Assembly: GCA_016182385.1 (NCBI GenBank)
Contig: JACPGV010000011.1
Location: 22,888-86,887 of the forward strand
Direction: 5' to 3'
DNA length: 64,000 bases
From: Candidatus Moraniibacteriota bacterium
GTDB lineage: Bacteria > Patescibacteriota > Minisyncoccia > Moranbacterales > UBA1568
Shown: positions 49,440 through 59,585 of the stretch, in pieces
Layout of the letters: each line of letters starts with the position of its first letter
How positions within the stretch are numbered: position 1 is the stretch's first letter
Translations under genes and position numbers: made by a program
Notes under the pieces: model-generated
Databases searched by the model: none
What the model saw: only the letters and a program-made list of their open reading frames with translations
Told to the model about the DNA's origin: nothing

Positions 49440-50075
49440 TTATTTGCTATATATCGCCACAATCTGACCACCAAACAATATTCTTCTCGTTAAGAAATTC
49501 ATCTTGAAATGAAAGATGTACGGAGTAAACATTTCCTTCTTAGAAAGACCTACTCTTCTCAAGAAAAAATCCATCGTGTAGGGAGTAAACAGCATACGAT
49601 GTGTCGGATCTACTTCGCCGGTAAAGTTCTTGCTGCCCAAAAAACGGGTTAAGCTATTGGCATTAGGTGTGGTCACAATAAGCAAGCCACCCTTTTTCAG
49701 ATGTTTTTGAAGTATTTGTTCCAGTGGAACAAAATTCGTTAAATGCTCTACAACATCAAACATCGTGATGACATCGAAAGACTCTTCCAAAGGAAATATT
49801 CCTTGATTCAAATCCATTTGGAAAAATCGATCTTTGATATGGGGAAACTTTTCCTGACACTGCTTTACGGCATACTCAGAATAATCACAGCCATAGCACG
49901 TGCTGGTTCGCTCAATATTCCCTATAAACTCACCAGTGGCACAGCCAACGTCCAATACTTTCTTCTCTTTCAACGAGACTCCCAGAGTAGCTAAAAAAGA
50001 AAGATAAGCCGGGAACACTTCACCGCTTTTGGTCGTCTCTCTAGTAAAATATTCTTGGCTATACATAGTGTTCAT
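49440..50075 (-). CDS. class I SAM-dependent methyltransferase
   Basis: Motif I VLDVGCATGEF and post-I/II motifs (DVITMFDVVEHL); 211 aa. Confidence 0.75.
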   Translation of the reverse strand: MNTMYSQEYFTRETTKSGEVFPAYLSFLATLGVSLKEKKVLDVGCATGEFIGNIERTSTCYGCDYSEYAVKQCQEKFPHIKDRFFQMDLNQGIFPLEESFDVITMFDVVEHLTNFVPLEQILQKHLKKGGLLIVTTPNANSLTRFLGSKNFTGEVDPTHRMLFTPYTMDFFLRRVGLSKKEMFTPYIFHFKMNFLTRRILFGGQIVAIYSK

Positions 50076-51159
50076 CTTTCAATGATTCAAAGACTTCTAT
50101 CATCTTTTGTGCAGATGATTCCCAGGTAAACTGACTCGCAAACTCCAAGTTCGTTTCAATCAACTGTTGACGTTTCTCTGACGAAAGCGCGACCAATCGC
50201 TCCATAACTTGAGTTATTTCTGGAACGTTCTTAGCATCAAACATCCATTCTCTATGGGGATTCACTTCTGGAAGAGAGCTATTATCCGCCGACAATACCG
50301 GGCAGTGCTGCGCCATAGACTCAATAACCGGCAAACCGAAACCCTCATAGAAAGATGGGTAAATAAAGAATGCCGCATGTCGATAGAGATTCTTCAGCTG
50401 TTCTTCTGAAACAAAGCCCAGCAATTTCACCCGTTCGGATATGTGGAGCGCCTCAGCCAGTGACCGAAGCTCTTTCTGATGACCCTCACTCATCAAGCCA
50501 GCAATGACATATGTATAGTTTCTAAGTTGATCACTCCCTGCCATGGCACGAAGCACGCTAAAGATATTTTTTCGACTCGGATGGGTAGTCACAGAAAAAA
50601 AATAAGGCTCTTGTACAATTGGTTGTTCGTTTTCTGGTTCCGTCCAGAAAATATCATTAATCCCTGGATAGATAACACTTATTTTCTTTTCAGAAGTTCC
50701 AAAAAAGTGAACCACATCACGCTTCGTGCTTTCAGAAATACACACGATATGATCCGCTTTCTTCAGTGACCGCCCAATAGAATACGTATGGTAAACCTTG
50801 TAAAGAGCGGAGTAAAGTTTCGGAAAATGAAGGAATGCAAGGTCATAGACTGTCATGGTGTATTTCACGCCTCTCTTTTTCCCAACAGGCAAAAGTACTG
50901 AGGCTCCATGGACCACATCAACTTTATTTCGCCGGATGAGCGAGTGAATAAGAAAAGTGTCGAAAAGCACCGCCCCCCACAAAGTATCGGGCAATTTGAA
51001 CTGCTCTGTCTTACCAATCGTCTTATTGAGTTGTGTCTGAAAAAAAAGATAGTCATTCTTTTTGTCAAGCTCAAGAATTTTAGAGAACAACAAATAAACA
51101 TAGTAGGGCACCCCACTGTTTTTGTTCTGATAAATCCTCGAATTAATGCCTATTCTCAT
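50059..51159 (-). CDS. glycosyltransferase family 4 (GT-B)
   Basis: PSFYEGFGLPVIESMAQHCPVLSADNSSLPEV, the classic GT4 EX7E motif; 366 aa. Confidence 0.8.
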   Translation of the reverse strand: MRIGINSRIYQNKNSGVPYYVYLLFSKILELDKKNDYLFFQTQLNKTIGKTEQFKLPDTLWGAVLFDTFLIHSLIRRNKVDVVHGASVLLPVGKKRGVKYTMTVYDLAFLHFPKLYSALYKVYHTYSIGRSLKKADHIVCISESTKRDVVHFFGTSEKKISVIYPGINDIFWTEPENEQPIVQEPYFFSVTTHPSRKNIFSVLRAMAGSDQLRNYTYVIAGLMSEGHQKELRSLAEALHISERVKLLGFVSEEQLKNLYRHAAFFIYPSFYEGFGLPVIESMAQHCPVLSADNSSLPEVNPHREWMFDAKNVPEITQVMERLVALSSEKRQQLIETNLEFASQFTWESSAQKMIEVFESLKDEHYV

Positions 51160-51182
51160 CTACGTATGCCCTTTCGTTGTAA

Positions 51183-51923
51183 TTAGCCTCTTTTCTGCGC
51201 CTTCAGATAGAATCTTGTCGGTACCAGCGATCCCTTCAGGCCTTTCAATATCCGCTCTCGCATTTTCTGACTGGTCGTATAAGAAGTGCGGAAAATATGT
51301 TTGCAGATGTAAAAGTAAAGCATGTCTAGATCCCAATACAGGTTACCAATCTCTTGATTTTCCGTCACTCCAAAGCCAGCACCAGAGAGAATACTCTCGA
51401 GCTTCTTTTTAGAGTAATGCCGATGCCCGAGCATCCATGCTGGATCAATCGGATTAAGAATATGACTACGCATCGTACTCACAATGAGCACTCCATCTGG
51501 TTTAAGAAGCTTGTGAAAAAACTGCAGCGCTACCCCCTCCTTGCCTTTTGGAACATGCTCAATGACATCAAGGAAGATCACCGTATCGAATGTTCCTCCG
51601 TGCTTAGCAATAAATCCTTCATTCCCACTCATAAGTTGGCACTGTTCAAAGGAAAAATGTGGGAAATTCCTCCGAGCTACTGAGAGGGCATCATCATTTT
51701 CATCGATACCCGTCAGGTCAGTCTGGATATTCTTCTTGGTGATAGTCTTTTCAAGTGGTCCCGTCCAACAACCCGCATCAAGTACTTTCTTCCCTTCAAT
51801 ATGTGGACGATAGTAGTCAACTACAAATTCATGTTGATAATTATCGACAATATCCTGATCATTGAGCTCTACATATTCCATGCTACCATTATACGAAAGC
51901 ATCCTCTTGAGAAAATTTGCCAT
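51183..51923 (-). CDS. class I SAM-dependent methyltransferase
   Basis: Motif I VLDAGCWTGPL and VIFLDVIEHV; 246 aa. Confidence 0.75.
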   Translation of the reverse strand: MANFLKRMLSYNGSMEYVELNDQDIVDNYQHEFVVDYYRPHIEGKKVLDAGCWTGPLEKTITKKNIQTDLTGIDENDDALSVARRNFPHFSFEQCQLMSGNEGFIAKHGGTFDTVIFLDVIEHVPKGKEGVALQFFHKLLKPDGVLIVSTMRSHILNPIDPAWMLGHRHYSKKKLESILSGAGFGVTENQEIGNLYWDLDMLYFYICKHIFRTSYTTSQKMRERILKGLKGSLVPTRFYLKAQKRG

Positions 51924-51934
51924 AATATTATTAC

Positions 51935-52915
51935 TTATTTATTTTTAGAAAGTCTCTCTACGTCAGCGTCTACCATCATTTTAACTAGCTCTTCAAATCC
52001 TACCTCCGACTCCCAGCCCAACACCTTTTTAGCTTTGTCGTTCTTCCCATGAAGTGCATAGAGCTCGACTGGCCGATTGAACTGGGGATCGATTTTCACG
52101 TACCGCTCCCAATCATTGATACCGACATGTTCGAATGCTACATTCAAAAAATCACGAATTGAGTGTGTTACCCCGGTCGAAAGAATATAGTTATCTGGCT
52201 TTTCCTGTTGAAGCATAAGCCACATAGCCTTCACGTAATCACCAGCAAATCCCCAATCGCGCTTACTATCCAAATTACCAAGCCTAATCTCTTCAGCTAA
52301 ACCAAGCTTAATACGAGCCACTCCATCACTAATCTTTCGTGTCACAAAGCGTAGCCCTCGAATTGGTGATTCGTGATTAAAAAGAATACCATTGGCACAA
52401 AACATACCGTAGCTCTCACGGAAATTGACCGTCATCCAGTAGGCATAGAGTTTTGAGATAGCATAGGGACTCTTAGGATGAAAAGGAGTTTCTTCGGTTT
52501 GCAGTCCTTCCGTATGACTGTCTCCAAACATTTCACTGGTCGAAGCCTGGTAAAATTTCGTCTTTGGTGAGAAATCTTTAATTGCTGTTAGGAGATAAAG
52601 CACTCCCAATGAATTGACCTCTGTAGTGAGCTTTGCCTGTTCCCAGGATGCCCCTACAAATGACTGGGCAGCCAAATTGTATACTTCATCAGGCTGGTGT
52701 TCGGCGATGATCTTTCGAAGCGACTCCTCATCGGCCATGTCACCGTTCACAAAAGTGATCTTCTCTCGCACATTGAGGAAGTCAAGATTTTCAAAATTAA
52801 CCGCTGTAAGATCACGAGCTAACCCAAGCACTTCATAGCCCTTTGCAAGCAAAAACTTCGACAGATAGGCTCCATCTTGCCCTGCTACTCCAGTAATGAG
52901 TGCCTTTTTTTTCAT
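51935..52915 (-). CDS. gmd: GDP-mannose 4,6-dehydratase (copy 2)
   Basis: ALITGVAGQDGAYLSKFLLAKGYEVLG (GxxGxxG Rossmann), catalytic triad region SPYAISKLYA and NHESPIRG, all characteristic of Gmd. Start trimmed to MKKKALITG (ATG at 52915). Confidence 0.85.
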   Translation of the reverse strand: MKKKALITGVAGQDGAYLSKFLLAKGYEVLGLARDLTAVNFENLDFLNVREKITFVNGDMADEESLRKIIAEHQPDEVYNLAAQSFVGASWEQAKLTTEVNSLGVLYLLTAIKDFSPKTKFYQASTSEMFGDSHTEGLQTEETPFHPKSPYAISKLYAYWMTVNFRESYGMFCANGILFNHESPIRGLRFVTRKISDGVARIKLGLAEEIRLGNLDSKRDWGFAGDYVKAMWLMLQQEKPDNYILSTGVTHSIRDFLNVAFEHVGINDWERYVKIDPQFNRPVELYALHGKNDKAKKVLGWESEVGFEELVKMMVDADVERLSKNK

Positions 52916-52916
52916 A

Positions 52917-54056
52917 CTACCTTGTATACAACGCCAGTGTCTTACGAGCTGTTTCGAAAGGGGTACGTGAACGCGCTTTCGTCTCAACATTTTTCTCAAT
53001 TTCTACTATTTTTTCTGGATGCTCAGCGGCAAACTTAAATGCTTCATGGAAGCGGTCGTTATCGGTCAAAATCCCCGTCTTGCCATCCTCAATATCCTCG
53101 AGAAAATGCCCTATCTTCGAACAAATCACCGCCTTCCCATAGCTGACTGAGTGAAACAGCGGACCGCTCGATCCCATAGAAACCACCGCTGGAATCACGA
53201 CTGCATATGCCTTCTCATACAAGTCATCCTGTTCTTCTTGTTCGATAAAACCTCTGACGATCACTTTTTCTTCGAGATGATTATCCTTGATAATCTGCAT
53301 AATCTCGTCGTAGGCTTTTTCCTGGCCCTTGATGACTCCGCCGGCCAAAATAAACTTGTAGTCACTCCCTGGATTTTCTTCGATATACCGTCGGAAACCT
53401 TCCAGTGCGAAACCAAGCCCCTTCCGTCGTACCATGTACCCAAAGTAAAAAAAGTATTTCTCTTTTCGTGAGTTATTGATTTCTCTCTGGGGAATCGCGA
53501 TCGGAATCACATTCACCTTTTTTGGATCAACACCATAGTCCGTCACCAGAATCTCTTTGGTCAGATGTGTATGCACAGTAAGCGCATGAGAAAAGAGTGA
53601 GATCATTTTATAAACGTAGTGAAAAAAGAACGTCAACATAAATGGTCGAAGGAGCGGTGAATCCTGATGAAAAAGCTTCATAAAGGCATCATCTACCTGT
53701 CGTCTGAAAACCGCGGCGTGTACAGTTGTCACCACTCGGATCCCCTGCAACCGGAGAGCTACTACCAACAAAGGAAAGAAGCTGGCCGTCAAAATACCAC
53801 CATACATGTTGAGCTCATGTTGTAAATGAACAACATCCGGCTTATCCTTTTTGATCTCACTCAAAATTTCTGGAATATACCGGAGAGATTTTGACCAAAC
53901 CATTTTTATAGTCCCACAATTCTGTATTTCTACATTCTTCGGATTCTTATCAGCGTATACCAAAAGCTCGACATTCTGATGCTCGTTTAATCCCCTCGTA
54001 ATGTATTGAGAATAGTGCCCCGATGGCAACATTCCAGAAATGAAAACTATCTTCAT
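52917..54056 (-). CDS. glycosyltransferase, GT-B fold (GT4-like, divergent)
   Basis: 379 aa; N-terminal MKIVFISGMLPSGHY (GT-B N-domain) and a C-terminal nucleotide-sugar-binding domain with a degenerate EX7E region. Confidence 0.6.
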   Translation of the reverse strand: MKIVFISGMLPSGHYSQYITRGLNEHQNVELLVYADKNPKNVEIQNCGTIKMVWSKSLRYIPEILSEIKKDKPDVVHLQHELNMYGGILTASFFPLLVVALRLQGIRVVTTVHAAVFRRQVDDAFMKLFHQDSPLLRPFMLTFFFHYVYKMISLFSHALTVHTHLTKEILVTDYGVDPKKVNVIPIAIPQREINNSRKEKYFFYFGYMVRRKGLGFALEGFRRYIEENPGSDYKFILAGGVIKGQEKAYDEIMQIIKDNHLEEKVIVRGFIEQEEQDDLYEKAYAVVIPAVVSMGSSGPLFHSVSYGKAVICSKIGHFLEDIEDGKTGILTDNDRFHEAFKFAAEHPEKIVEIEKNVETKARSRTPFETARKTLALYTR

Positions 54057-54060
54057 ATAA

Positions 54061-55002
54061 TCATGCTTGCATTTTGAAATCCACCATTTTCTGAATCATT
54101 TCTTCAAAACCAACTCTTGGTTGCCACCCCGTTGTTCGTTTTAATTTCTCGGCATTTCCCACCATCGGCAAGCGCTTCCTCGTCAGAATGGCTTTATTCT
54201 CACGAACATACTGCCGCCAATCGAGACCAACGTGCTCGAAGGCTATCGACACTAAATCTTGAATGGCATGCTTCTGTCCAGTAGCGATGATAAACTCGTC
54301 CGGTTTCTCTAACTGCAATATTCGGTAGGCAGCCTCTACATAGTCAGGGGCATAGCCCCAGTCTACCTCGACTGATAAATCCCCTACCGTAAGCTCAGTT
54401 TCCGTACCCTTTTTGATATTGACCGCCCCCACTACTACTTTCATAGAGACAAACTTCTCAGCGCGATATTCTGACTCATGGTTATAAAAAATACCAACCG
54501 CAGCAAAAAGACCGTACTTCTCTCGATACAAACGACTGATCAAAAGACCATCAAGTTTAGTGATACCGTAGGGATTATTCGGCTGAAACGGTGTCGTCTC
54601 ATCCTGCGCTTCAGTATTTACCTCGCCAAAGATAAGTGAAGAAGCAGCGTAAAATATTCTTGTCTTGGGAGAATACAGCCGCGCGCCCTCGAGAAAGTTA
54701 AGGTAAGAGAAGACGTGCACCGTATAACTTTTTTCGAAGAGTTCCACTTCATCGATTTGCGCATCTTGGGAAGAATGATGGAAAGCGGCCAGATAGTAGA
54801 CCTCATCTGGTTGAACCGCCTGAAGAAAAGAGGCGACCTGCTCTCGATCTGTGATATCTACCCGCTTCTGCCAATCGTTCCCGTCACTTCGTACAACACC
54901 TCGGTCGAGTCCGATGACACTGTATCCCTTCTTAACAAGTAGCTCAAAAAGGAACCGTCCGTCCTGGCCCTGTGATCCGACAATGACCGCTATCTTACTC
55001 AT
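54061..55002 (-). CDS. Gmd/Rmd-family short-chain dehydrogenase: probable GDP-4-keto-6-deoxyhexose reductase (Rmd-like)
   Basis: 313 aa; VGSQGQDGRFLFELLVKKGYSVIGLDR Rossmann motif and YxxxK (NPYGITKLDG). Gmd-like but shorter, and it lacks the Gmd-specific insert, as in GDP-6-deoxy-4-keto-mannose reductases. Confidence 0.65.
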   Translation of the reverse strand: MSKIAVIVGSQGQDGRFLFELLVKKGYSVIGLDRGVVRSDGNDWQKRVDITDREQVASFLQAVQPDEVYYLAAFHHSSQDAQIDEVELFEKSYTVHVFSYLNFLEGARLYSPKTRIFYAASSLIFGEVNTEAQDETTPFQPNNPYGITKLDGLLISRLYREKYGLFAAVGIFYNHESEYRAEKFVSMKVVVGAVNIKKGTETELTVGDLSVEVDWGYAPDYVEAAYRILQLEKPDEFIIATGQKHAIQDLVSIAFEHVGLDWRQYVRENKAILTRKRLPMVGNAEKLKRTTGWQPRVGFEEMIQKMVDFKMQA

Positions 55003-56249
55003 ACCACTTCTATCTTAGGCAGAGGAAACATAAGATGACCACCATCTTCAAGGTATTCCGTTTCCCGCTCGATAATACCCTTCTTGAAGTGCCACGGCAG
55101 CACCATAAAGTAGTCAGGCTTCATAGCCTTGGCTTCCTTTTCAGAAATGATCGGGATAAGCGTGCCCGGTGTCAATCTGCCAAACTTATAGTCATTCACT
55201 TCCGCTATATACGGCATTTCTTTTGGAGTAATGCCACAGTATTGGAGGATGACATTTCCCTTCGTTGAAGCGCCGTAGCCAAAAATCTTTTTTCCATCAG
55301 CTGCTGCCTTCTGGAAGAACTCCATCAAGTCCTTTCGGTGTTGTTCGGTGTTTTTCCGAAAATCCTCATAAATCTTGAGATCGTCGAAACCGCGCGCCAC
55401 CTCTTCGGCCAGCACCTCCTTCACCTGATCAACCATTTCCTCATGCTGCGAATCTTTTTTGGCAAAGGTCACAGCAAAACTAGCGCCATTCGTGTCATTG
55501 AACTCGAGGTCAATCACCTTAAGATTTGCTCGCTCAGCCATCCAAACAAACTGTTTGAGTGCATAGTACTCTAGGTGTTCATGGCAAATAGTGTCGTAGG
55601 AAACATTATCAATCATGGCCGGCATATAACTCTGCTCTACCACCCAAATACCATCGTCAGTAAGGACACTTTCGATGTCTTGCATAATCTGGAGTGGTTC
55701 TGGGAGATCATAAAACATCGCAATAGATGTCACGACTCGTGCTTTCTTTTCGCCACGTTCTTTTTTCACAGCAGCAGCAGTAAAAAAACTTGGGACATGA
55801 GCGATATATGGAGGGTAGTATTCCTGGAACTTATCCGAGGTCGGGTCAACACCTAAGAGATCAAGCTTTGTATTTTTGTACGAAGAAAGAAGCGTCCCAT
55901 CATTACTCGCAATATCGATGACAAGATCCCCATCCTTCAAATCCATCCTCTGTTCGATTTTCTCCACAATCCCCTCCAAGTGCTTCACCATTGACTTATT
56001 CAACGCAGAACGGTACCCATAATTGTCTCCGTACAATTTCTCCATTTCGTAGTCATGTCGGAGCTGTACGAGTCCACAGACGTCTTCGCCTAACGAGCTG
56101 AAACACTTCACCATTTCCAACGGCCCCTCTTCAACCACCTCGCCCGGGAGAGGAAAAACCCCTGTCAGTGCCTGACTCCCCAGATCAACTACGGAAACCA
56201 GATTCGTATTTCCACAAATTCGACAGTGCTTGATTTCTTGATACAACAT
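54999..56249 (-). CDS. NDP-hexose C-methyltransferase (TylCIII/NovU family: N-terminal zinc ribbon + class I MTase + C-methyltransferase C-terminal domain)
   Basis: HCRICGNTNLVSVVDLGSQAL zinc-ribbon start, CHEHLEYY, GYGASTKGNVILQ and GGHLMFPLP align with TylCIII-type sugar 3-C/5-C-methyltransferases; 416 aa; 4-nt overlap with the reductase gene. Confidence 0.7.
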   Translation of the reverse strand: MLYQEIKHCRICGNTNLVSVVDLGSQALTGVFPLPGEVVEEGPLEMVKCFSSLGEDVCGLVQLRHDYEMEKLYGDNYGYRSALNKSMVKHLEGIVEKIEQRMDLKDGDLVIDIASNDGTLLSSYKNTKLDLLGVDPTSDKFQEYYPPYIAHVPSFFTAAAVKKERGEKKARVVTSIAMFYDLPEPLQIMQDIESVLTDDGIWVVEQSYMPAMIDNVSYDTICHEHLEYYALKQFVWMAERANLKVIDLEFNDTNGASFAVTFAKKDSQHEEMVDQVKEVLAEEVARGFDDLKIYEDFRKNTEQHRKDLMEFFQKAAADGKKIFGYGASTKGNVILQYCGITPKEMPYIAEVNDYKFGRLTPGTLIPIISEKEAKAMKPDYFMVLPWHFKKGIIERETEYLEDGGHLMFPLPKIEVV

Positions 56250-56276
56250 ATTTTTGAGCGCTCCTTAATTACAAAA

Positions 56277-57320
56277 TTAGTAATGGTAATCCGTTTCGCC
56301 CTTGAGATCATACTTCATCATCAACTTCACAAGTTCCTCAAAACCCATTTTCGGTCTCCAGCTAAGTTTCCTCTGGGCCTTGGAATTATCTCCGATCAAG
56401 AGATCTACTTCTGCCGGTCGAAAATACATTGGGTCAATTTCCACCAACACTTTGCCCGTAGTTTTGTCCTTACCCTTCTCATTAATCCCTTCACCCTCCC
56501 ATACCAAATCATAACCTGCCTCTTTGAAGGCAAGCTCACAAAACTCCCGTACTGTATGGGTCTCACCAGTTGAAATCACAAAATCTTCTGGCTTCTCCTG
56601 CTGAAGCATCAGCCACATCGCCTCTACATAGTCTTTAGCATAACCCCAATCACGCTTGGCATCGAGATTCCCCAGATAAATTCTCTCTTGTGTTCCATTT
56701 TTAATACCAGCAACACCAGTGGTAATTTTTCTCGTTACAAAAATTTTTCCTCGACGTGGCGACTCATGATTAAATAAAATACCATTACAAGCAAAAAGAT
56801 TATATGCCTCACGATAATTCACCACAATCCAATAAGCATAAAGCTTGGCGACCCCATAGGGAGAGCGTGGGTAAAATGGAGTAGTCTCCTTCTGGGGTGT
56901 TTCCTGGACCTTGCCGAACAATTCCGAAGTCGAAGCCTGATAGAACTTCGTTTTGATGCCAGTCTCTTTGATAGCATCTAGGAAACGAAGCGTGCCCAGG
57001 GCATCAACTTCAGCAGTATATTCTGGAACCTGAAAAGAAATATGCACATGTGACTGCGCGGCAAGATTATATATTTCATCAGGCTTGATCATCTCAAGCA
57101 AACGGTTCAAGTTGCTTGAATCCGTCAAATCACCGTAGTGGAGATGAATCCTCGACTTTTCCGAATGTGACCCTGAAAACATATGGTCAATCCGTTCGGT
57201 ATTGAAGATCGAAGCCGCTCGACGTAAACCGTGCACTTCATAACCTTTTTCCAAAAGAAGTTCTGCCAAATAAGACCCGTCCTGACCTGTAATTCCAGTA
57301 ATAAGTGCTTTTTTTATCAT
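56277..57320 (-). CDS. gmd: GDP-mannose 4,6-dehydratase (copy 1, canonical)
   Basis: [31 protein letters not shown] ... [12 protein letters not shown] ... NHESPRRG ... C-terminal tail; full-length 347 aa, closely alignable with canonical bacterial Gmd. Confidence 0.9.
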   Translation of the reverse strand: MIKKALITGITGQDGSYLAELLLEKGYEVHGLRRAASIFNTERIDHMFSGSHSEKSRIHLHYGDLTDSSNLNRLLEMIKPDEIYNLAAQSHVHISFQVPEYTAEVDALGTLRFLDAIKETGIKTKFYQASTSELFGKVQETPQKETTPFYPRSPYGVAKLYAYWIVVNYREAYNLFACNGILFNHESPRRGKIFVTRKITTGVAGIKNGTQERIYLGNLDAKRDWGYAKDYVEAMWLMLQQEKPEDFVISTGETHTVREFCELAFKEAGYDLVWEGEGINEKGKDKTTGKVLVEIDPMYFRPAEVDLLIGDNSKAQRKLSWRPKMGFEELVKLMMKYDLKGETDYHY

Positions 57321-57826
57321 AAATTTTTTAAGATATTTTTTACTTGGCTGTATCTTAGAACGTGATCCGCATAATGTTCCCGCGTTACAAGTTCTTTTAT
57401 CTCAAACTTCTTCCAATATCGATAGAAAAATGAGTACGCTTTAAAACTCATACCTGGATTGATATAACAATCGGTTACAAGATGAAAAAAAGCCCCGATA
57501 GTTACCCCCCACATCAAAGCTCGTGACTCCCCCGAGACCTCAATACTCACTATAACGATTATCAATAGTATAACGTATTCCCACCCGTGAAACAACACGT
57601 AAATCTTGTCATTTTTAAAAAATTGATACCCTTTTAGAAAATGGGTGAGTCGGAAATTTCTTCCAAAAGCGATAAAATAATCAATAAAATGATCCACATC
57701 AATCAAAACGCCGCCAAAAAACGCCGCCAAAAAAGAAATGGGCTGATAACCAAAGAAAAACCACGTAATAACTCCGGCTAAAAGAGAAAGAAAGAAATGA
57801 AGAAACAGATGAAACATTAAACTCAT
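57317..57826 (-). CDS. hypothetical polytopic membrane protein (possible membrane-bound metal-dependent hydrolase, YdjM-like)
   Basis: 169 aa with ~5 TMs and conserved His/Asp (LHFFLS...[11 protein letters not shown]...FHGWEY...FHLVTDCY). Confidence 0.35.
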   Translation of the reverse strand: MSLMFHLFLHFFLSLLAGVITWFFFGYQPISFLAAFFGGVLIDVDHFIDYFIAFGRNFRLTHFLKGYQFFKNDKIYVLFHGWEYVILLIIVIVSIEVSGESRALMWGVTIGAFFHLVTDCYINPGMSFKAYSFFYRYWKKFEIKELVTREHYADHVLRYSQVKNILKNL

Positions 57827-57862
57827 AACACCCTAAACAAAGCTTCTTTTTCCACAATAAAC

Positions 57863-59572
57863 CTATCGATTGACCGCGCTATCCTCAAGACGCACGGCAT
57901 CCTTTTCCTTGTCTACAGAGGTTTTTGATTTGAAAAAATGACCAGTAAGTTTGCCAAAAACATTCTTCCAAAATTTCTTTGAAGTAAAGCTCACATTTGT
58001 TTTTGTTTGATTTGGATCAAAGTCAAGCAAATGCCCTATAAGTCTCTTTCCTGCTGAATAAAAAAACTTCAAATCATCAATGCTACGAATACTTATAATT
58101 TTTCGAAAAATGAATCGTGGAGAGAAAAAGGCCGAATAAAGATCCTGGGTCAAACTCAAAAGCTGTTCCTGAGTCAAGGGAATCTTCATAACTGATCCAC
58201 GCATATCATAATCATCATAATCTTCCGTTACCAAGAGTCCTTTTTCCTTACACTCTTTCCACAGAGGGGTTCCCGGATACGGAACAACGATCGTCGCCTG
58301 CATGGTGGCAAAATATCCCTTCTTAAAACAGTATTTAGCTACGGCAATGGTCCGTTTCGAATCTTCATAATCTTCCCACGGATATCCAAGCATAATGGTA
58401 GCATGCGGCTCAAGACCAGCCTTTGAAGCCATGCGAGCGCCATTAATAGTGTCAGCTTCTTTTGTTCCTTTATCAAGCTTATCAAGTGTTTTTTGGTTTC
58501 CCGACTCCATTCCATACAAAATAAAACGAAACCCTGCCTTCGCCATGAGATTATAATATTCTTGATTCAAAGCATTAAACCGCATATTACAACCATAAAT
58601 AACCTTTTTGTTGTAACCACTCTCAATCAACAGCTCACAAAATTTCTTGAGTTTTGGACCAATAAAAAGTGTGCCGGCATCATCAAAAATTTCCCGAATA
58701 CCATATTTATCCACTACATGTTTCACCTCTGCAAACAAGCGTTCGGGAGAAAAGCTCCGATACGTACCAAGAGGATTGATCGTATGATCCCATACACAGA
58801 ACGTGCAACGATTCCACCAACAATCACGGCCACTGTACATATACGTTCCTGGTGTATATTTGTAATTTCCGTTTTCATAGGCGTACAATTCCCAACGAGT
58901 CAAATCCCGATCAATAAAAGGCAAAGCATCGAGAGCATGTCGCACCCAATCCGGACCAGAACTATAAATTTTTTCACCTGATGGCAAAGTTGTGGTTTCT
59001 TTTGGAGTGACTTTTATCTCAGTATTTCCTTCACGCCAATATACTCCCCCCTCAAGTTCTTCTCCTCGATAAATATGATTCAAGAGATTTACAATCAAAA
59101 AATCATAATCACCGCCTCGTAAAATATAGTCTATCTTGCTATTTTCAAATTGCTCAAGCGGCATGAAAGTAACATGATCTCCCACCCAAATAAGTTTGAG
59201 GTGCGGCAATTTTTCTTTCAAATCATTAATTTGCTTCCAATGTCTTTTAATAACCGGTGATTTTGATTCTACAAGTAAATACTCGGCCCCCGTGGCGCGA
59301 AGCTCATCAACCCACTGATCATATTCTTTATGCTCAGAAATACCATCCATCCAATAAACTTTATACCCTTGATCCTGAAGATACGAGGCGGCATAAGCAG
59401 GCACCATCGGATAAATGTATGTGGGGGCATTGAAATATTGAAACTGCCGGTTCTGACTCAGAAGTGCTACTCCTTTCTCTGATTTTATAGGCGGATATCC
59501 CACCGCCACCACTATTTCTTTTGGAAGAGGTATCAGATTTTTCTTTTCTTCTTTTGTCTCGCCAGTGTTCAT
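57863..59572 (-). CDS. B12-binding domain radical SAM protein (class B radical SAM, putative methyltransferase)
   Basis: N-terminal Rossmann-like cobalamin-binding region, Cys cluster SGRDCWWNRCTFCVWD, and a downstream radical-SAM TIM-barrel (GYPWE... glycine-rich SAM motifs); ~570 aa from MNTGETKEE (ATG at 59572). The track's 59692 start overlaps the ferredoxin gene. Confidence 0.7.
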   Translation of the reverse strand: MNTGETKEEKKNLIPLPKEIVVAVGYPPIKSEKGVALLSQNRQFQYFNAPTYIYPMVPAYAASYLQDQGYKVYWMDGISEHKEYDQWVDELRATGAEYLLVESKSPVIKRHWKQINDLKEKLPHLKLIWVGDHVTFMPLEQFENSKIDYILRGGDYDFLIVNLLNHIYRGEELEGGVYWREGNTEIKVTPKETTTLPSGEKIYSSGPDWVRHALDALPFIDRDLTRWELYAYENGNYKYTPGTYMYSGRDCWWNRCTFCVWDHTINPLGTYRSFSPERLFAEVKHVVDKYGIREIFDDAGTLFIGPKLKKFCELLIESGYNKKVIYGCNMRFNALNQEYYNLMAKAGFRFILYGMESGNQKTLDKLDKGTKEADTINGARMASKAGLEPHATIMLGYPWEDYEDSKRTIAVAKYCFKKGYFATMQATIVVPYPGTPLWKECKEKGLLVTEDYDDYDMRGSVMKIPLTQEQLLSLTQDLYSAFFSPRFIFRKIISIRSIDDLKFFYSAGKRLIGHLLDFDPNQTKTNVSFTSKKFWKNVFGKLTGHFFKSKTSVDKEKDAVRLEDSAVNR

Positions 59573-59585
59573 ATTGAATTTGATG

